From the IMG/VR virus record IMGVR_UViG_3300040736_000076, positions 1-50,155 of that record: a stretch of 50,155 bases of DNA. The stretch is one strand, 5' to 3'. A program made the position numbers and the translations under genes. The first letter of the stretch is position 1, and each line of letters opens with the position of its first letter. The notes beneath the pieces were generated by a model. The model was not told where the DNA came from. It saw nothing but the letters and a program-made list of their open reading frames with translations, and did not search any database. Below, in pieces: positions 27,832 through 37,500 of the stretch. The DNA is from a virus. Taxonomy: Duplodnaviria; Caudoviricetes.

Positions 27832-27912
27832 GGTGAAAAAGTTACCTGTAGGGTTTCCTGGAAAATTCAAAACCAAACAAAAATTGAACACGTCAAACGT
27901 TTTCTTGCGGCG

Positions 27913-27955
27913 AGTTATTGCATATTTCGCTGGTGAGTTATAACATCGCGCTTCA
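27913..27955 (-). repeat. Right terminal inverted repeat
   Basis: Ends ...GCGCTTCA, with two GAGTTATWRCAT motifs. Confidence 0.85.
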
Positions 27956-27961
27956 CATCGG
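27956..27961 (+). repeat. Target-site duplication CATCGG (right copy)
   Basis: Matches 11083-11088. Confidence 0.9.
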
Positions 27962-27969
27962 CAAGAGTC

Positions 27970-27996
27970 TTGACTTGAAAGCCGAATTGGTATAAT
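27970..27996 (+). promoter_or_regulatory. tRNA promoter
   Basis: Extended -10 TGgTATAAT with TTGACT upstream (15-bp spacer). Confidence 0.6.
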
Positions 27997-28014
27997 AGAG
28001 AAGTCCCCATAGCT

Positions 28015-28090
28015 GCCACCTTAGCTCAGATGGTAGAGCAATTGATTCGTAATCAATAGGTCGCCGGTTCGATTCCGGCAGGTGGCTCCA
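28015..28090 (+). tRNA. tRNA-Thr (anticodon CGT)
   Basis: Canonical 76-nt cloverleaf GCCACCT...ATTGA-TTCGTAA-TCAAT...GGTTCGATTCC...GGTGGCTCCA. Confidence 0.97.
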
Positions 28091-28092
28091 GG

Positions 28093-28136
28093 AAAATCAA
28101 GGCCCCGCGGGATACCCCGTGGGGCCTTTTGATTTA
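28093..28136 (+). terminator. Intrinsic terminator of the tRNA
   Basis: AAGGCCCCGCGGG / CCCGTGGGGCCTTTT stem with T tail. Confidence 0.85.
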
Positions 28137-28294
28137 AATTCCATTGCCGGTCAACCTCTGTCCAACCTTTTCTGCTATTCCAATACCTCATGGAATAATC
28201 GTTGAATCGGCTTCATCAATGTAACGCGCCACATGGTATGACGGTAAATGACACTTGATTTGGTAGTAAAGGATTTTACAAATAATAGGGAATT

Positions 28295-28320
28295 TCAAGG
28301 GTGGTTAATACCACCCTTGA
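28295..28320. terminator. Hairpin, possible terminator
   Basis: TCAAGGGTGG-TTAATA-CCACCCTTGA perfect 10-bp stem. Confidence 0.5.
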
Positions 28321-28437
28321 TTTCACATAAATGTATGATATTGATTATCATTATTAATAGAAATATTTCCCTGCTTCCGACTAGCGAATTATCTGAGGCG
28401 GGCAAGCTTTGCTTGCAGTAAGGTTTTTAACTCCACC

Positions 28438-29214
28438 CTATATCCAACAGTTCCTGATTATCAATTCCCGCCTTCCTTTACCGCTCCCGGCGCCGCCGAT
28501 GGTGTAGTCGATCCCCACTGTTTCAGCCGAGAAACCCTTGAATATGCGCCTCATTTCCGGGTGGTCGTTGATGGTGAGAATGGCGCTGCCTTTCATGGTG
28601 CGCATTGCCTCGGCAATCTTCCGGTATTCGTCGATGGGGAACGGAATTCCGTATCCTTCCAGTTCAAAGTACGGGGGGTCCATAAAGTGGAGCGTGTAGT
28701 CACGATCGTACTTGGTCAGGCATTCGTGCCAGTCCAAGTGCTCAATCCATACCCGGGCCAGCCGCAGGTGAGCCTGGCTCAGATCATCTTCCAGGCGGAG
28801 TATGTTGAATCGAGGCGGAGAACTGGGGGAAACCCCGAAGGTCTGGCCGGTAACCTTGCTTCCGTATGCCAGCTTCTGGATATAAAGAAACCGCGCGGCG
28901 CGCTGGATGTCGGTCAATACCTCGGGCGGGGTTTCCTTCGCCCACTCGAACAGTTTCCGGCTTGAAAGGGCAAACTTGAACTGGCGTATAAACTCTTCTA
29001 AATGGTTCTTTACGACGCGGTAAAGGTTAATCAGTTCGTTATTGGCGTCGTTCAGGACCTCGACTTCGGCCGGTTGCCTGAAAAAGAACATCGAACCTCC
29101 GCCGGCGAACTCCTCAACATAACAGGTATGCGACCGGGTTTCGATAAATGGTAACAAGACTTTCGCTAGCCGACGCTTACCGCCGGGCCAGGCCAGGATA
29201 GGATAATGTCTCAC
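28438..29214 (-). CDS. D12-class N6-adenine DNA methyltransferase (Dam-like)
   Basis: WPGGKRRLA, YVEEFAGGGS, EVLND and DPPY motifs. Confidence 0.93.
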   Translation of the reverse strand: MRHYPILAWPGGKRRLAKVLLPFIETRSHTCYVEEFAGGGSMFFFRQPAEVEVLNDANNELINLYRVVKNHLEEFIRQFKFALSSRKLFEWAKETPPEVLTDIQRAARFLYIQKLAYGSKVTGQTFGVSPSSPPRFNILRLEDDLSQAHLRLARVWIEHLDWHECLTKYDRDYTLHFMDPPYFELEGYGIPFPIDEYRKIAEAMRTMKGSAILTINDHPEMRRIFKGFSAETVGIDYTIGGAGSGKGRRELIIRNCWI

Positions 29215-29224
29215 GTGAGCCCCC

Positions 29225-29359
29225 TTGATTTATCAAACAAGTTTTGTTAGGCTCCCCTAACTCTGTGCAGAGTGGGGCAGCCTTCGGTCGGCTCACTGCT
29301 CGGTCAGTGTGCTGGTGGCCGGGCCATGTTGGCGCATGGTCCGGCCGCTGCCTCTTTTT
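29225..29359 (+). ncRNA. Candidate small structured RNA with own promoter, antisense to the methylase leader
   Basis: TTGATT-17-TAGGCT, outer stem GGGGCAGC/GCTGCCTC, inner stem GGCCGGGCCATG/CATGGTCCGGCC, ends in TTTTT. Confidence 0.5.
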
Positions 29360-29360
29360 C

Positions 29361-30101
29361 CTATCTCCTCAAATCCGCTTTTGACGGCCTGCCGCAACAT
29401 CCGATTTCCGGTCCGCGGTGGTGGCGCAGCATTTCCTCGGCGCTCGGCCAGGGCCTGGCGGCGGGTTTCTCTCCTTTTTTAAACGGCTCTTGCAGCGTTT
29501 TTTTTTCGAATATGGGACGGTATCCCGCTGCTTGAGACCACCCCATCCGGCCCTCATGTCGACAGTACGTTTCCATATCATGTTTCGTCAGCATGGTTAT
29601 TACCGAGCGGTTATTCCACAGGTGCTCGGACAACCCCAGGAAGCCAGCTCGATACAGGATATTCTCTCCTGAGTCGCGCAACGCTTCACATCGTTCCATA
29701 TATCCCGCCAGAATCGGGCTCTCCGGTTCCGCTCCGAAACCGTAACCAGAGAGGATCCGCAATTCTTTCCCAGCGAATATCTGTATTGTCCCATCGTAGC
29801 GGCAGAAAAATGAATGCGCCAACAGGGGCTCAACACAGGCTAGAGGCTCAATGTCGCTATCAAAATAGATACCTCCATACCGATGCACGACGATCACCCG
29901 AAATACATCAGATGTAATGGTCGGATGGTATCCTCGCAGGTCGTAGCGGTCCATGACCTGGGCGTAGTCGGGTAGGTTTGCCTCGGTCCATAGCCGCATG
30001 TCCCAGCCCGGATGCAGCTCCAGGAGCCGATTTCGCCATGCTGCATATTGTGCCGGTAATGCTCCGCCCAGCCATATCTGATGTATGATCCGCGGTATCA
30101 T
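29361..30101 (-). CDS. DXD-motif glycosyltransferase (GT32/OCH1-like)
   Basis: MIPRIIHQIWLGG, SDVFRVIVVHRYGGIYFDSD. Confidence 0.9.
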   Translation of the reverse strand: MIPRIIHQIWLGGALPAQYAAWRNRLLELHPGWDMRLWTEANLPDYAQVMDRYDLRGYHPTITSDVFRVIVVHRYGGIYFDSDIEPLACVEPLLAHSFFCRYDGTIQIFAGKELRILSGYGFGAEPESPILAGYMERCEALRDSGENILYRAGFLGLSEHLWNNRSVITMLTKHDMETYCRHEGRMGWSQAAGYRPIFEKKTLQEPFKKGEKPAARPWPSAEEMLRHHRGPEIGCCGRPSKADLRR

Positions 30102-30382
30102 CAGTAGCCTCCGGCGAAGGAGATTGTGACCGGACCGTACTCCCTCCCGTCGCACGTGGCCCATATACGGAGCGTTCCGGGCTGTCTGGTTATTGACCAT
30201 TGCCCCCCTCCGCCTACCATTACATACCCGACGATTCCCACACTTCCCGCACCGAAAAATATCGGCTCATTGCCGGACAATCCCGACGGAGTCCATTCGG
30301 TACGCCAGGTGACCGGCAGATTGCAGGTTTCACCCATGAGCCTCACAGGAATGAATGAATATGACCCGGTGCCGGACGCCAT
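30101..30382 (-). CDS. Small hypothetical tail-region protein
   Basis: Coupled start/stop with neighbours. Confidence 0.55.
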   Translation of the reverse strand: MASGTGSYSFIPVRLMGETCNLPVTWRTEWTPSGLSGNEPIFFGAGSVGIVGYVMVGGGGQWSITRQPGTLRIWATCDGREYGPVTISFAGGY

Positions 30383-30532
30383 TTATGCGTCCACCGTGAG
30401 TGCAGCGGCCGTCCAGTTCAGATTTTCATCCTGGAGGAATAGCCCGGCGATTTTCGGCGTACACGCCTCTTTTACCATCCGAATTTCGAACTCCTTCGGC
30501 GCGCCGGTAATTACAATCTTTTTCAGCTTCAT
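30383..30532 (-). CDS. 49-aa hypothetical protein
   Basis: MKLKKIVITGAPKEFEIR..., overlaps the upstream stop and abuts the next start (below the ORF-track cutoff). Confidence 0.5.
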   Translation of the reverse strand: MKLKKIVITGAPKEFEIRMVKEACTPKIAGLFLQDENLNWTAAALTVDA

Positions 30533-31602
30533 ACGGTCACGTCCTCTTCACGGGTAATATAGCCGTCGGCCTCAATTCGCAGATGGTGAACGCCGCGGCC
30601 TGTCTGGAATGACACCCTACCGAATTTATCTGACATCAGGGTCGTACCTCCATCCAGTGTGACCTTCGCTCCGGGCAGCGGGTCGCCGGCCTCGTCAGCG
30701 ATAGTGAACGTTGCGAACCCGGCCGAATAGGTGACGCTGATGCCATCCGGAAGTTGCGCCGCATACGCCTCCGACAATTTAGCCAGCACGATTTCCGGAG
30801 CGTCTCCGGCAACCGCTTCCACGGTGAGGCGCACGGAGGCGGCCGACTGGTTCAGTTCGCTGTTCATTACCAGCATTCGGCCCGACGCCGGGGCATGGGG
30901 ATGAGCGACTGAAACCCACACGCCGGGCGGTATCGAGGCGGCCCCTGTCCCGTCCGTGAACGCTATGTCCCATCGCGGCCGGGACAGGTACCCGAGGAGA
31001 CGCACACCCATCGCGAACGCGAGGCGGGAAGAATTGAGCCACTTCAATTCCAGGGTTTTAGTGATCCTGTCGTAGCGCTTAATTTGTTCCGGCGCTTCCA
31101 GCAACATGGCCTTTTTGAACTCTTCGCGCGCCCAGTCGTAGGCATAGCGGATACTGAGGACGGTGTAGATTTCCGAGCCATTGGAGGAAACAACCAGGTC
31201 CGACATGTTGCGGACGGTGAATTCGCCGTAGGAAGGCTCGACGGCCGCTTCCTCGCCAACGACAAGCCCTGCCGCGGTTGTTGCCGTTGCGCCGCGCAGC
31301 AAGCCGGAGATGGATGTTTCGGGGCTGCCGGATACATTGGCCGACCTATCGGCCGCAATCCGCGCGGAGGCCACGAGGAACGCGCCGCGTTGCACTGCAA
31401 TGCCTGGAGACAGGCCGGACACCAGAGCATCGACCACTGAGCCATGAGCGCCGATGACGGCTCCGTCCGCGGCGGAAGACCCGCCACCACGGACAATGGC
31501 GGATCTCTCCGTGGAGATTATCTCCTCACCCGTGACCAGTCCGGACATTTCGGTGCATACGGGCGGGCTACCCGATGTGGCGCTCCCGAACAGTATCAGC
31601 AT
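30529..31602 (-). CDS. Tail-tip protein part with C-terminal carboxypeptidase-regulatory-like (Ig) domain
   Basis: GDPLPGAKVTLDG...SDKFGRVSF...IEADGY motif, located in the tail operon. Confidence 0.65.
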   Translation of the reverse strand: MLILFGSATSGSPPVCTEMSGLVTGEEIISTERSAIVRGGGSSAADGAVIGAHGSVVDALVSGLSPGIAVQRGAFLVASARIAADRSANVSGSPETSISGLLRGATATTAAGLVVGEEAAVEPSYGEFTVRNMSDLVVSSNGSEIYTVLSIRYAYDWAREEFKKAMLLEAPEQIKRYDRITKTLELKWLNSSRLAFAMGVRLLGYLSRPRWDIAFTDGTGAASIPPGVWVSVAHPHAPASGRMLVMNSELNQSAASVRLTVEAVAGDAPEIVLAKLSEAYAAQLPDGISVTYSAGFATFTIADEAGDPLPGAKVTLDGGTTLMSDKFGRVSFQTGRGVHHLRIEADGYITREEDVTV

Positions 31603-31612
31603 GGCGACTCCG

Positions 31613-32437
31613 TCAGCCCTTGATTATCTGCGGAAAGACCCCACCGCCGCCGCCGATCGCGGTAACGTGCACGGCAATGGTATTGAGCCCCTGCACGTCC
31701 CACCACTGGACCGGCAGCAAAAGGATATCGTAGGGAGTCGTAAAATCCGCCGCTCCCCGTTCAAACCGTTTTGTCTCCAATCTGGCGATCAGACTACCAT
31801 CTCCCAGCACTAACGGTGTAATATCGGCATAAGTGAACGCGGAAAAATTATTGACCATCAGGCAAATGCCTATCCGGCCGCCGCAGTCCCCCAAAGGTAC
31901 ACAGTCCAAGAACCAGTCCTGAAATGTGAGAGTGTTGGCCACGTCCTCGTCGTCAGTGACAACGGTGCCCGCCACAGAAACGATGGCGCTGATTCCGGAG
32001 CCATTTACCTCAGAGAGATTCACCCACCCACCCCGCCCTGATTTAGTTCCCTGGGAGACAGGAGACACCCCGCCTCCACTGGGATTGCTGGCGTATATCT
32101 TGACTATCGTATTTGTGCCGTCATACACCACTCCCCACCAGAGATGGCCGTTAGGGATGTTCTCACGGCGAACGCCGGAACCCCACACTTGGAATGACGA
32201 CAAATAGCCGCCAGCGTCTCCCTCAACTGTCGGGCGTTGTCCATCCAGATCCTCGACTGAGTCGGCGACGCTGGTATAATCTACCCGGGCTGGCTGCGCA
32301 GCATCAGCCGGCCTCGCCACCTGGGACACTAGTTGGACAACCCGGCCCAAACCGGTCTCATCGTTCACCTCCCGCGCATCGCGAACGGACACCGGCGTCC
32401 CGTTCAACTGGTCGGCAATCAATATTGCTGTTTCCAT
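31613..32437 (-). CDS. Putative tail/receptor-binding protein
   Basis: Beta-rich ORF in the tail operon, RBS AAGGAG. Confidence 0.5.
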   Translation of the reverse strand: METAILIADQLNGTPVSVRDAREVNDETGLGRVVQLVSQVARPADAAQPARVDYTSVADSVEDLDGQRPTVEGDAGGYLSSFQVWGSGVRRENIPNGHLWWGVVYDGTNTIVKIYASNPSGGGVSPVSQGTKSGRGGWVNLSEVNGSGISAIVSVAGTVVTDDEDVANTLTFQDWFLDCVPLGDCGGRIGICLMVNNFSAFTYADITPLVLGDGSLIARLETKRFERGAADFTTPYDILLLPVQWWDVQGLNTIAVHVTAIGGGGGVFPQIIKG

Positions 32438-32449
32438 ATCATCAGCTCC

Positions 32450-33319
32450 TTACAAGGGATAAATTCTCGCCAGGCCCGGCATGCCGCCGCTCCATACGGC
32501 GCCGCAGCTCGTCAGGATCTCATCGGTCTGTGCGCGGATCGTAATGGTGTCGCTCTTCAGCAGCCCGCACAGACTGATTCCGATTTCCCGGCATTCAGCC
32601 CTGAACGTATCGAGATCGTCATAGGTCACCGGCAGGCTACAGATATTTGCCAGCAGATCCCAGATGATATCCGCGGGGTTCCCCAATAGTTCTCCGGTAT
32701 CCGGGTGCATCTTGCCGCGCAGTGATACCACAATCGTTTCCTGCGACGTGGCGGGGGTCGACAGACGCAGCAGGGATATGGCATGCCCTGTCGGATCGAT
32801 GGTATTTTCCAGGACATACTGAGTATCAGTCGCGCCGTCCCGCGTGAGCCCGTCCACCGCCTGGATCGCATGATCCAACAAAAAATACACCCTGCCGGTG
32901 TTGTCATAGGGAATCGGGGAAATCGTGAGAGGTCCGTAACCGACCGGTAGCGGCGAGGGAGAGACAAATTGTCCCCAGACCGTCGAGGTCCGCAGAGGGA
33001 CGGGATCGGACAGAGGGATGGCCAAGCCGAACGTGTCGGCCTCCCCGCCGATGAACAGGCCAAACGCCGATGTGTTCGGCCGGGATGAAACCAGCGCGGC
33101 CCGTGTCGTTTCCGGCCGTCCCGAGACAATTCCCGCACTGAGAACGGATTCCGGCTGCGCGCCCGCGAACAGGCCCGTACGGTCGGTAGAGCCGCCGCCC
33201 CTGCCGCACACCACGGCCGACGCTGTCGCGCCCGGACAACCGGTGACCACCGAATCCAATGCAGCTCCGTTCAGGGTGGAAACATATCCGTGGCTCTCGG
33301 TCTCGGCCATTAAAGCCAC
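32450..33319 (-). CDS. Tail-tip protein part
   Basis: PLPVGYG...YD...DH and NPADIIWDLL motifs of siphophage tail-tip proteins. Confidence 0.65.
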   Translation of the reverse strand: MALMAETESHGYVSTLNGAALDSVVTGCPGATASAVVCGRGGGSTDRTGLFAGAQPESVLSAGIVSGRPETTRAALVSSRPNTSAFGLFIGGEADTFGLAIPLSDPVPLRTSTVWGQFVSPSPLPVGYGPLTISPIPYDNTGRVYFLLDHAIQAVDGLTRDGATDTQYVLENTIDPTGHAISLLRLSTPATSQETIVVSLRGKMHPDTGELLGNPADIIWDLLANICSLPVTYDDLDTFRAECREIGISLCGLLKSDTITIRAQTDEILTSCGAVWSGGMPGLARIYPL

Positions 33320-33621
33320 CCTTCGTCAAGCAGATTGCCGCTGGGGGAGAAAAGGTTATACCACTTGCGACTGTCCGGCATCAGAGCGATTAGCCGGTAG
33401 CGCAAGACCTGAACCGTTGATCCGCAAAGGTCGAGGCTGACGTTTACGGCCGCATCGAATCCTGTCGGGACGAGACCCGGCGGGCAACTACACCCAACAC
33501 TGCCGTTTCCCACCGCCAGCCGCACAAACCGGAACGGCCGCTTCAGCATCGACGGCCGCACGCCCGAATGCGTCACGCCGTCAGCATCGGTAATAATGAG
33601 CGGACCGAAATCAACTGACAT
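33310..33621 (-). CDS. Hypothetical tail-region protein
   Basis: Overlap-coupled ORF. Confidence 0.55.
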   Translation of the reverse strand: MSVDFGPLIITDADGVTHSGVRPSMLKRPFRFVRLAVGNGSVGCSCPPGLVPTGFDAAVNVSLDLCGSTVQVLRYRLIALMPDSRKWYNLFSPSGNLLDEGWL

Positions 33622-34222
33622 CGAATTCCACCCTGAACTTAATTCCGCTGTTCTGGCCGTATGCGGTCGGTTTCAGGGAGATACCGATATAAAACGAATG
33701 CTCCGCCGATGATGCCTGGTCGGCCAAGGATAGCGCCGCGGCGTTGCCGCCGATGCCGTAGGCCGCATCCCATGCTTGGCCTGAACTGTCTCCTCCTATA
33801 CGGTTTTTGCGGATGGCGGACGCAGTCCGTTCAAATGCGACCACCTTGCATCCGGCGGGTGGTTCCGTGGCGGTGACTCCATCGTACGCATAAAATTTAC
33901 CGTTACTCAACGCCGTATTTACCGCATCATCCTTCCACTCCACCCGCACCGTACAATCAGCCTGTGCCACGTTGGTTGCGTCCAGGGTGATCGCCGCCGC
34001 CTCGTCAAGCGATACCTGCGTAGGAGACACGTAGCGGCAGTTCCGGGCGGCCGCGACGACCGCCAGCAAGGCCGACACCACTATCGTTGCCGGGTTCCAC
34101 GCGTCGACGCTGATAGCCGTCAACGCCCCTCCGGCGGAGGAAAACGCCAGTTTGTCGGTCGCGCCGAGCGCCGCGCCAAATAGTCCATCCGAGCCGTATT
34201 TCCAATTCGTAACAACCGCCAT
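33611..34222 (-). CDS. Putative virion structural protein
   Basis: Ala/Gly-rich beta-type ORF in the tail operon. Confidence 0.6.
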   Translation of the reverse strand: MAVVTNWKYGSDGLFGAALGATDKLAFSSAGGALTAISVDAWNPATIVVSALLAVVAAARNCRYVSPTQVSLDEAAAITLDATNVAQADCTVRVEWKDDAVNTALSNGKFYAYDGVTATEPPAGCKVVAFERTASAIRKNRIGGDSSGQAWDAAYGIGGNAAALSLADQASSAEHSFYIGISLKPTAYGQNSGIKFRVEFDVS

Positions 34223-34223
34223 A

Positions 34224-34559
34224 TTACGCCTCCAATTCCAAGATGATTTCGGATCCCAGGGATATCCTGGATACCGTTCCAGTAAAGAGCCTCACGCTCG
34301 CGCCGGATGAGATATCTTCAATCGCCACGCGCCGCCGGAACGGTGGTGTCGCGAACAGGCCGGTCAGCCGACCGTCGCCGTTGTCCAGGGTTATGGCACA
34401 ACTGGCGTTCTCTCCACCGCCACCGACCTGAAGCGGCCTGCGGATAGTCCCAACACTCACCAGCCGCCGATATGCCACTCCCGCCGCGTACCGTAGCGCC
34501 CGGATGTCGCGGTAAAACGCCAGCGGCGGATCGGTGTCTATGCGCACGAACAAGATCAT
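34224..34559 (-). CDS. Tail protein (ITLDNGDG motif)
   Basis: Motif typical of tail-tip N-terminal domains, ATGA coupling. Confidence 0.6.
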   Translation of the reverse strand: MILFVRIDTDPPLAFYRDIRALRYAAGVAYRRLVSVGTIRRPLQVGGGGENASCAITLDNGDGRLTGLFATPPFRRRVAIEDISSGASVRLFTGTVSRISLGSEIILELEA

Positions 34560-37500
34560 TGCAGCACCGGAGCGAACGGCAATGACAGACTGAGCATCCG
34601 CTGGGCCGCGTCATTCGGATGAAATTGTAATTCGTCCACGATATCGATACCGTCGGTCTCGATCGTCACGAGCATGGCCTCCTCCGGATGGAGGTAATGC
34701 GGGATTACCACCAGCGGCAGGTCGCCGTTCGTTTTACAGTATTCAACGGCTGTTAAATGCTCGTCGAACTCGCTTTTACTGATGAAGTTCCGCCACTCGA
34801 TTTTTCCCGCATCCCCCTTCCCCCCATAGACCGCGCCGTCTCGCGGGCCGTGGGCCAGGTCGTACTGCTTTCGCAGGGTGATGGTCTCCGGCGCCAGCTC
34901 CGTGGTGAGCGCCACGCCCGCGAAGATCCAGCCTATTGCCCCGGCTGTGCTGATGGTCAAGCGCAGCAACGGGGGTGAAACGGTCGCGGCGGGAATCCAG
35001 GTGATGACCGGATGCGCAGCCGAAAGGGTTGTTAAACGGTTCCAGTTTTGGCCGTCGGAGCTCGCCTCGACAATGATGCTCGCGGTCGGGGGGAGGTCGT
35101 GACGGGCGAGCGCCAAGCTGTCTATATCGGTAGCCGATCCAAAATTTACCACCAGTGTCACGCCGGCTGAATCCCAGCGCCACTGCTCCGGCGAGGGTGT
35201 CGCCACGTTTGCGGAGGAGTGCGGTTGCCGGGCCGTAAAACGAAACGTGTCGCCGGTAACGAACGAGGGATAAGCGCCGGGCGTGAACACGGCCGAAAGG
35301 CCATCAACAAGGTACGCGCTCCCTATAGGTAGCCCTGGGCTCCATTCCCCGCCGTTCTTCCTCCAGGCAAACGAGCCTCCCTCCACGGAGAAACTGAATT
35401 TGTCTCCCAATGCGAACGGTATCCCGCCGTTTCCGAGGGTAAAAGCGAGCCCATTAGCCTGGTAGCGGGCCGGAGATGCGTCCATGAGCAATTGCGGAAA
35501 CGCGGTCACCGAACCGCGCACGTCCCACACCAGGGTATCATCCCCCGCGACTCCGCCGCCCAGGTAACGGGCGCTCCCGGCGATGATTGGAATGGTGATG
35601 GTCGCGGACGTGCTGCCTGATGATGTGCCGGATGCGCCGGCGATGGAGATGGTGACCACGTCTCCTTCCTTCAGGTACTGCGTGCATTTGCAGGCGAGGA
35701 CGAAGGCGAATTCCTGCGTATTTTCACCGGCAATGGTTGTGCTGTAGTAGGGCTCGTCAGTAAACGCGGGAGCGTACCCGTCGGACAGCTCCCAGTAATA
35801 TTCCGAGCCCTTGTCGCTCCAACATCCAGCACTCATGTCGGAGCCGTCAGATTTTCCCGGCACGATTCCGGCCGCCAGGTAGATCAGGTCGATTTCAGAG
35901 TTATAACGCGCCAAATACGACTCTTGGACCGTCACGATATCGTCCAGCGCGGAGGCGGTAAGCACGGACAGGTCGCTCAATACCTCGTTTTTCAGGCTGT
36001 CCCACAAGGCGAGGGCCGTCGGGTATATATAGACCGTCTCCAGGGCGCGGAGCAGCAGGCTCAGGCAACGCTCCATCCAGGCGATGTCCGCGGAGGCGGC
36101 GATAAAATTACCCGACCCGCCCTTGGAGTTCACGATCACGGGGTATACTTTGATATTCCCCGTAGTGAGCTGTCCTTCATATGCGGCCTGCGCCGCTTCG
36201 TACGTATCGAAATCCCACACCACGGTACGGACTACGCCGCTGTATTGGCGCAGAAATTTCAGGGTGTAGCCCGTTACCACGGCAGGCTGCCCGGATGATA
36301 GGGTGTTCGCCGTGATAAAGTCGTGCCGCCACTGATAGAGTGCCTGCAACCGGCTCGCATAGGCCGGGTCCAATGCCATAAAATCACCTCCTTCTGATAA
36401 TCCGAGACAGTATGCCGAAAAGCTCACTGGCGCTTCGTCAACCTCGCAGTTCGCGGACTTCCTGTTTTTTCTGTATGTCGCCGTAATGTTTTTCGGCTGC
36501 CCGTTAGCTCCCAGCTTGCTCGCCGCGATGATGATTGGAGGCTCTGTTTCACCGGCGTCGTCATCCCGAGACTGGTAGTTGATTGCGGTGATGCGCACCG
36601 CGCCGGTTTGCTTCGCAAGGCTCGATGTCTGTGTCGCGGCCGCCGCCGGAATGGTGAAACCGACCGGGCTTGACGCATCATTGTACGGCACTCCCGTCCT
36701 GGCCGCGGGCAGACTCCCTGACACCGAGCCCTTCACCCCCCACAGGCTGTCTCCCTGGTAGTCGAGGGTGATGATCTCGGTGGGCGCGCCGGCCTTCACT
36801 TCCAGTCCATCCGCGAAATCCTTCAGCTCGTACCAGCCGCCGCTGATGCCGGGCGGATTGGCGCGCGCCGCCGTGCGCAGGGGCAGATCCAGAGCGGCCA
36901 TGCCTCCAGGCGACAAGTTCTTCGAGACCACGCCCTGGACGGTGAGGAGTCCTGAGCGGAGTCGAAGGGCTGACAGGAAATCGTATAACGTAACGACGCC
37001 TGAATATATTTCCGTGACGTTCCCGTCGGAGACGGTGACGATGCGGGTTCCGGTGACGACGGATACCCGCGCTCCCGCGGCGATGGCTACGGCCGGAGCG
37101 GGGGTCAGGTGATACTCCCACCCTTCGGCAGTGTATTCGCGATACTGGCGGTATACGGTGGAATCGCCCTGGAAACTGATGCGCGGGCAGTCGGCGGGCA
37201 GGGTCCCATCCGGGAGGAGCGTGCGGGTGATGCCGGACCACTCCCACGCATCGCCGGTGAACGTGTCCTCTCCCTCCTTGATCTCGCAGAGCAGGGAATA
37301 ATTAGTGGGCGTCGCGGTCAATTCCTCGGCTACGAACAGGCTCACGTCGTTTCCGGGCTCGCCCGGGCGGGTCGCAATCAACTGCACGCCGTAAAAATCC
37401 AGATAAGCGGACCGGGACGCGGTTCCGAGGCTCACCAGTTCCACGGTGACGGACTGGGCGGGCACATCGGCCGCGGATACATCCACCATCGCGCCGCTGC

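Larger units (their letters stand above)
11089..27955 (+). mobile_element. Complete 16.9-kb Mu-like transposable element lacking head/tail modules (candidate transposable phage satellite)
   Basis: TG...CA ends, 30/43-identical terminal inverted repeats, 6-bp TSD, repressor/Ner/transposase/ATPase/GemA/Mor genes, and a tape measure as the only recognisable virion gene. Confidence 0.9.

Noticed and set aside
28015-28090. tRNA-Thr as an integrase attachment site
   Set aside because: No integrase and no duplicated tRNA 3' end. Element 1 has a transposition TSD instead.
28332-28360. TGTATGATATTG as the exact helper terminus
   Set aside because: Resembles a Mu-type end, but a competing candidate exists at 28220 and the partner end and TSD are outside the window
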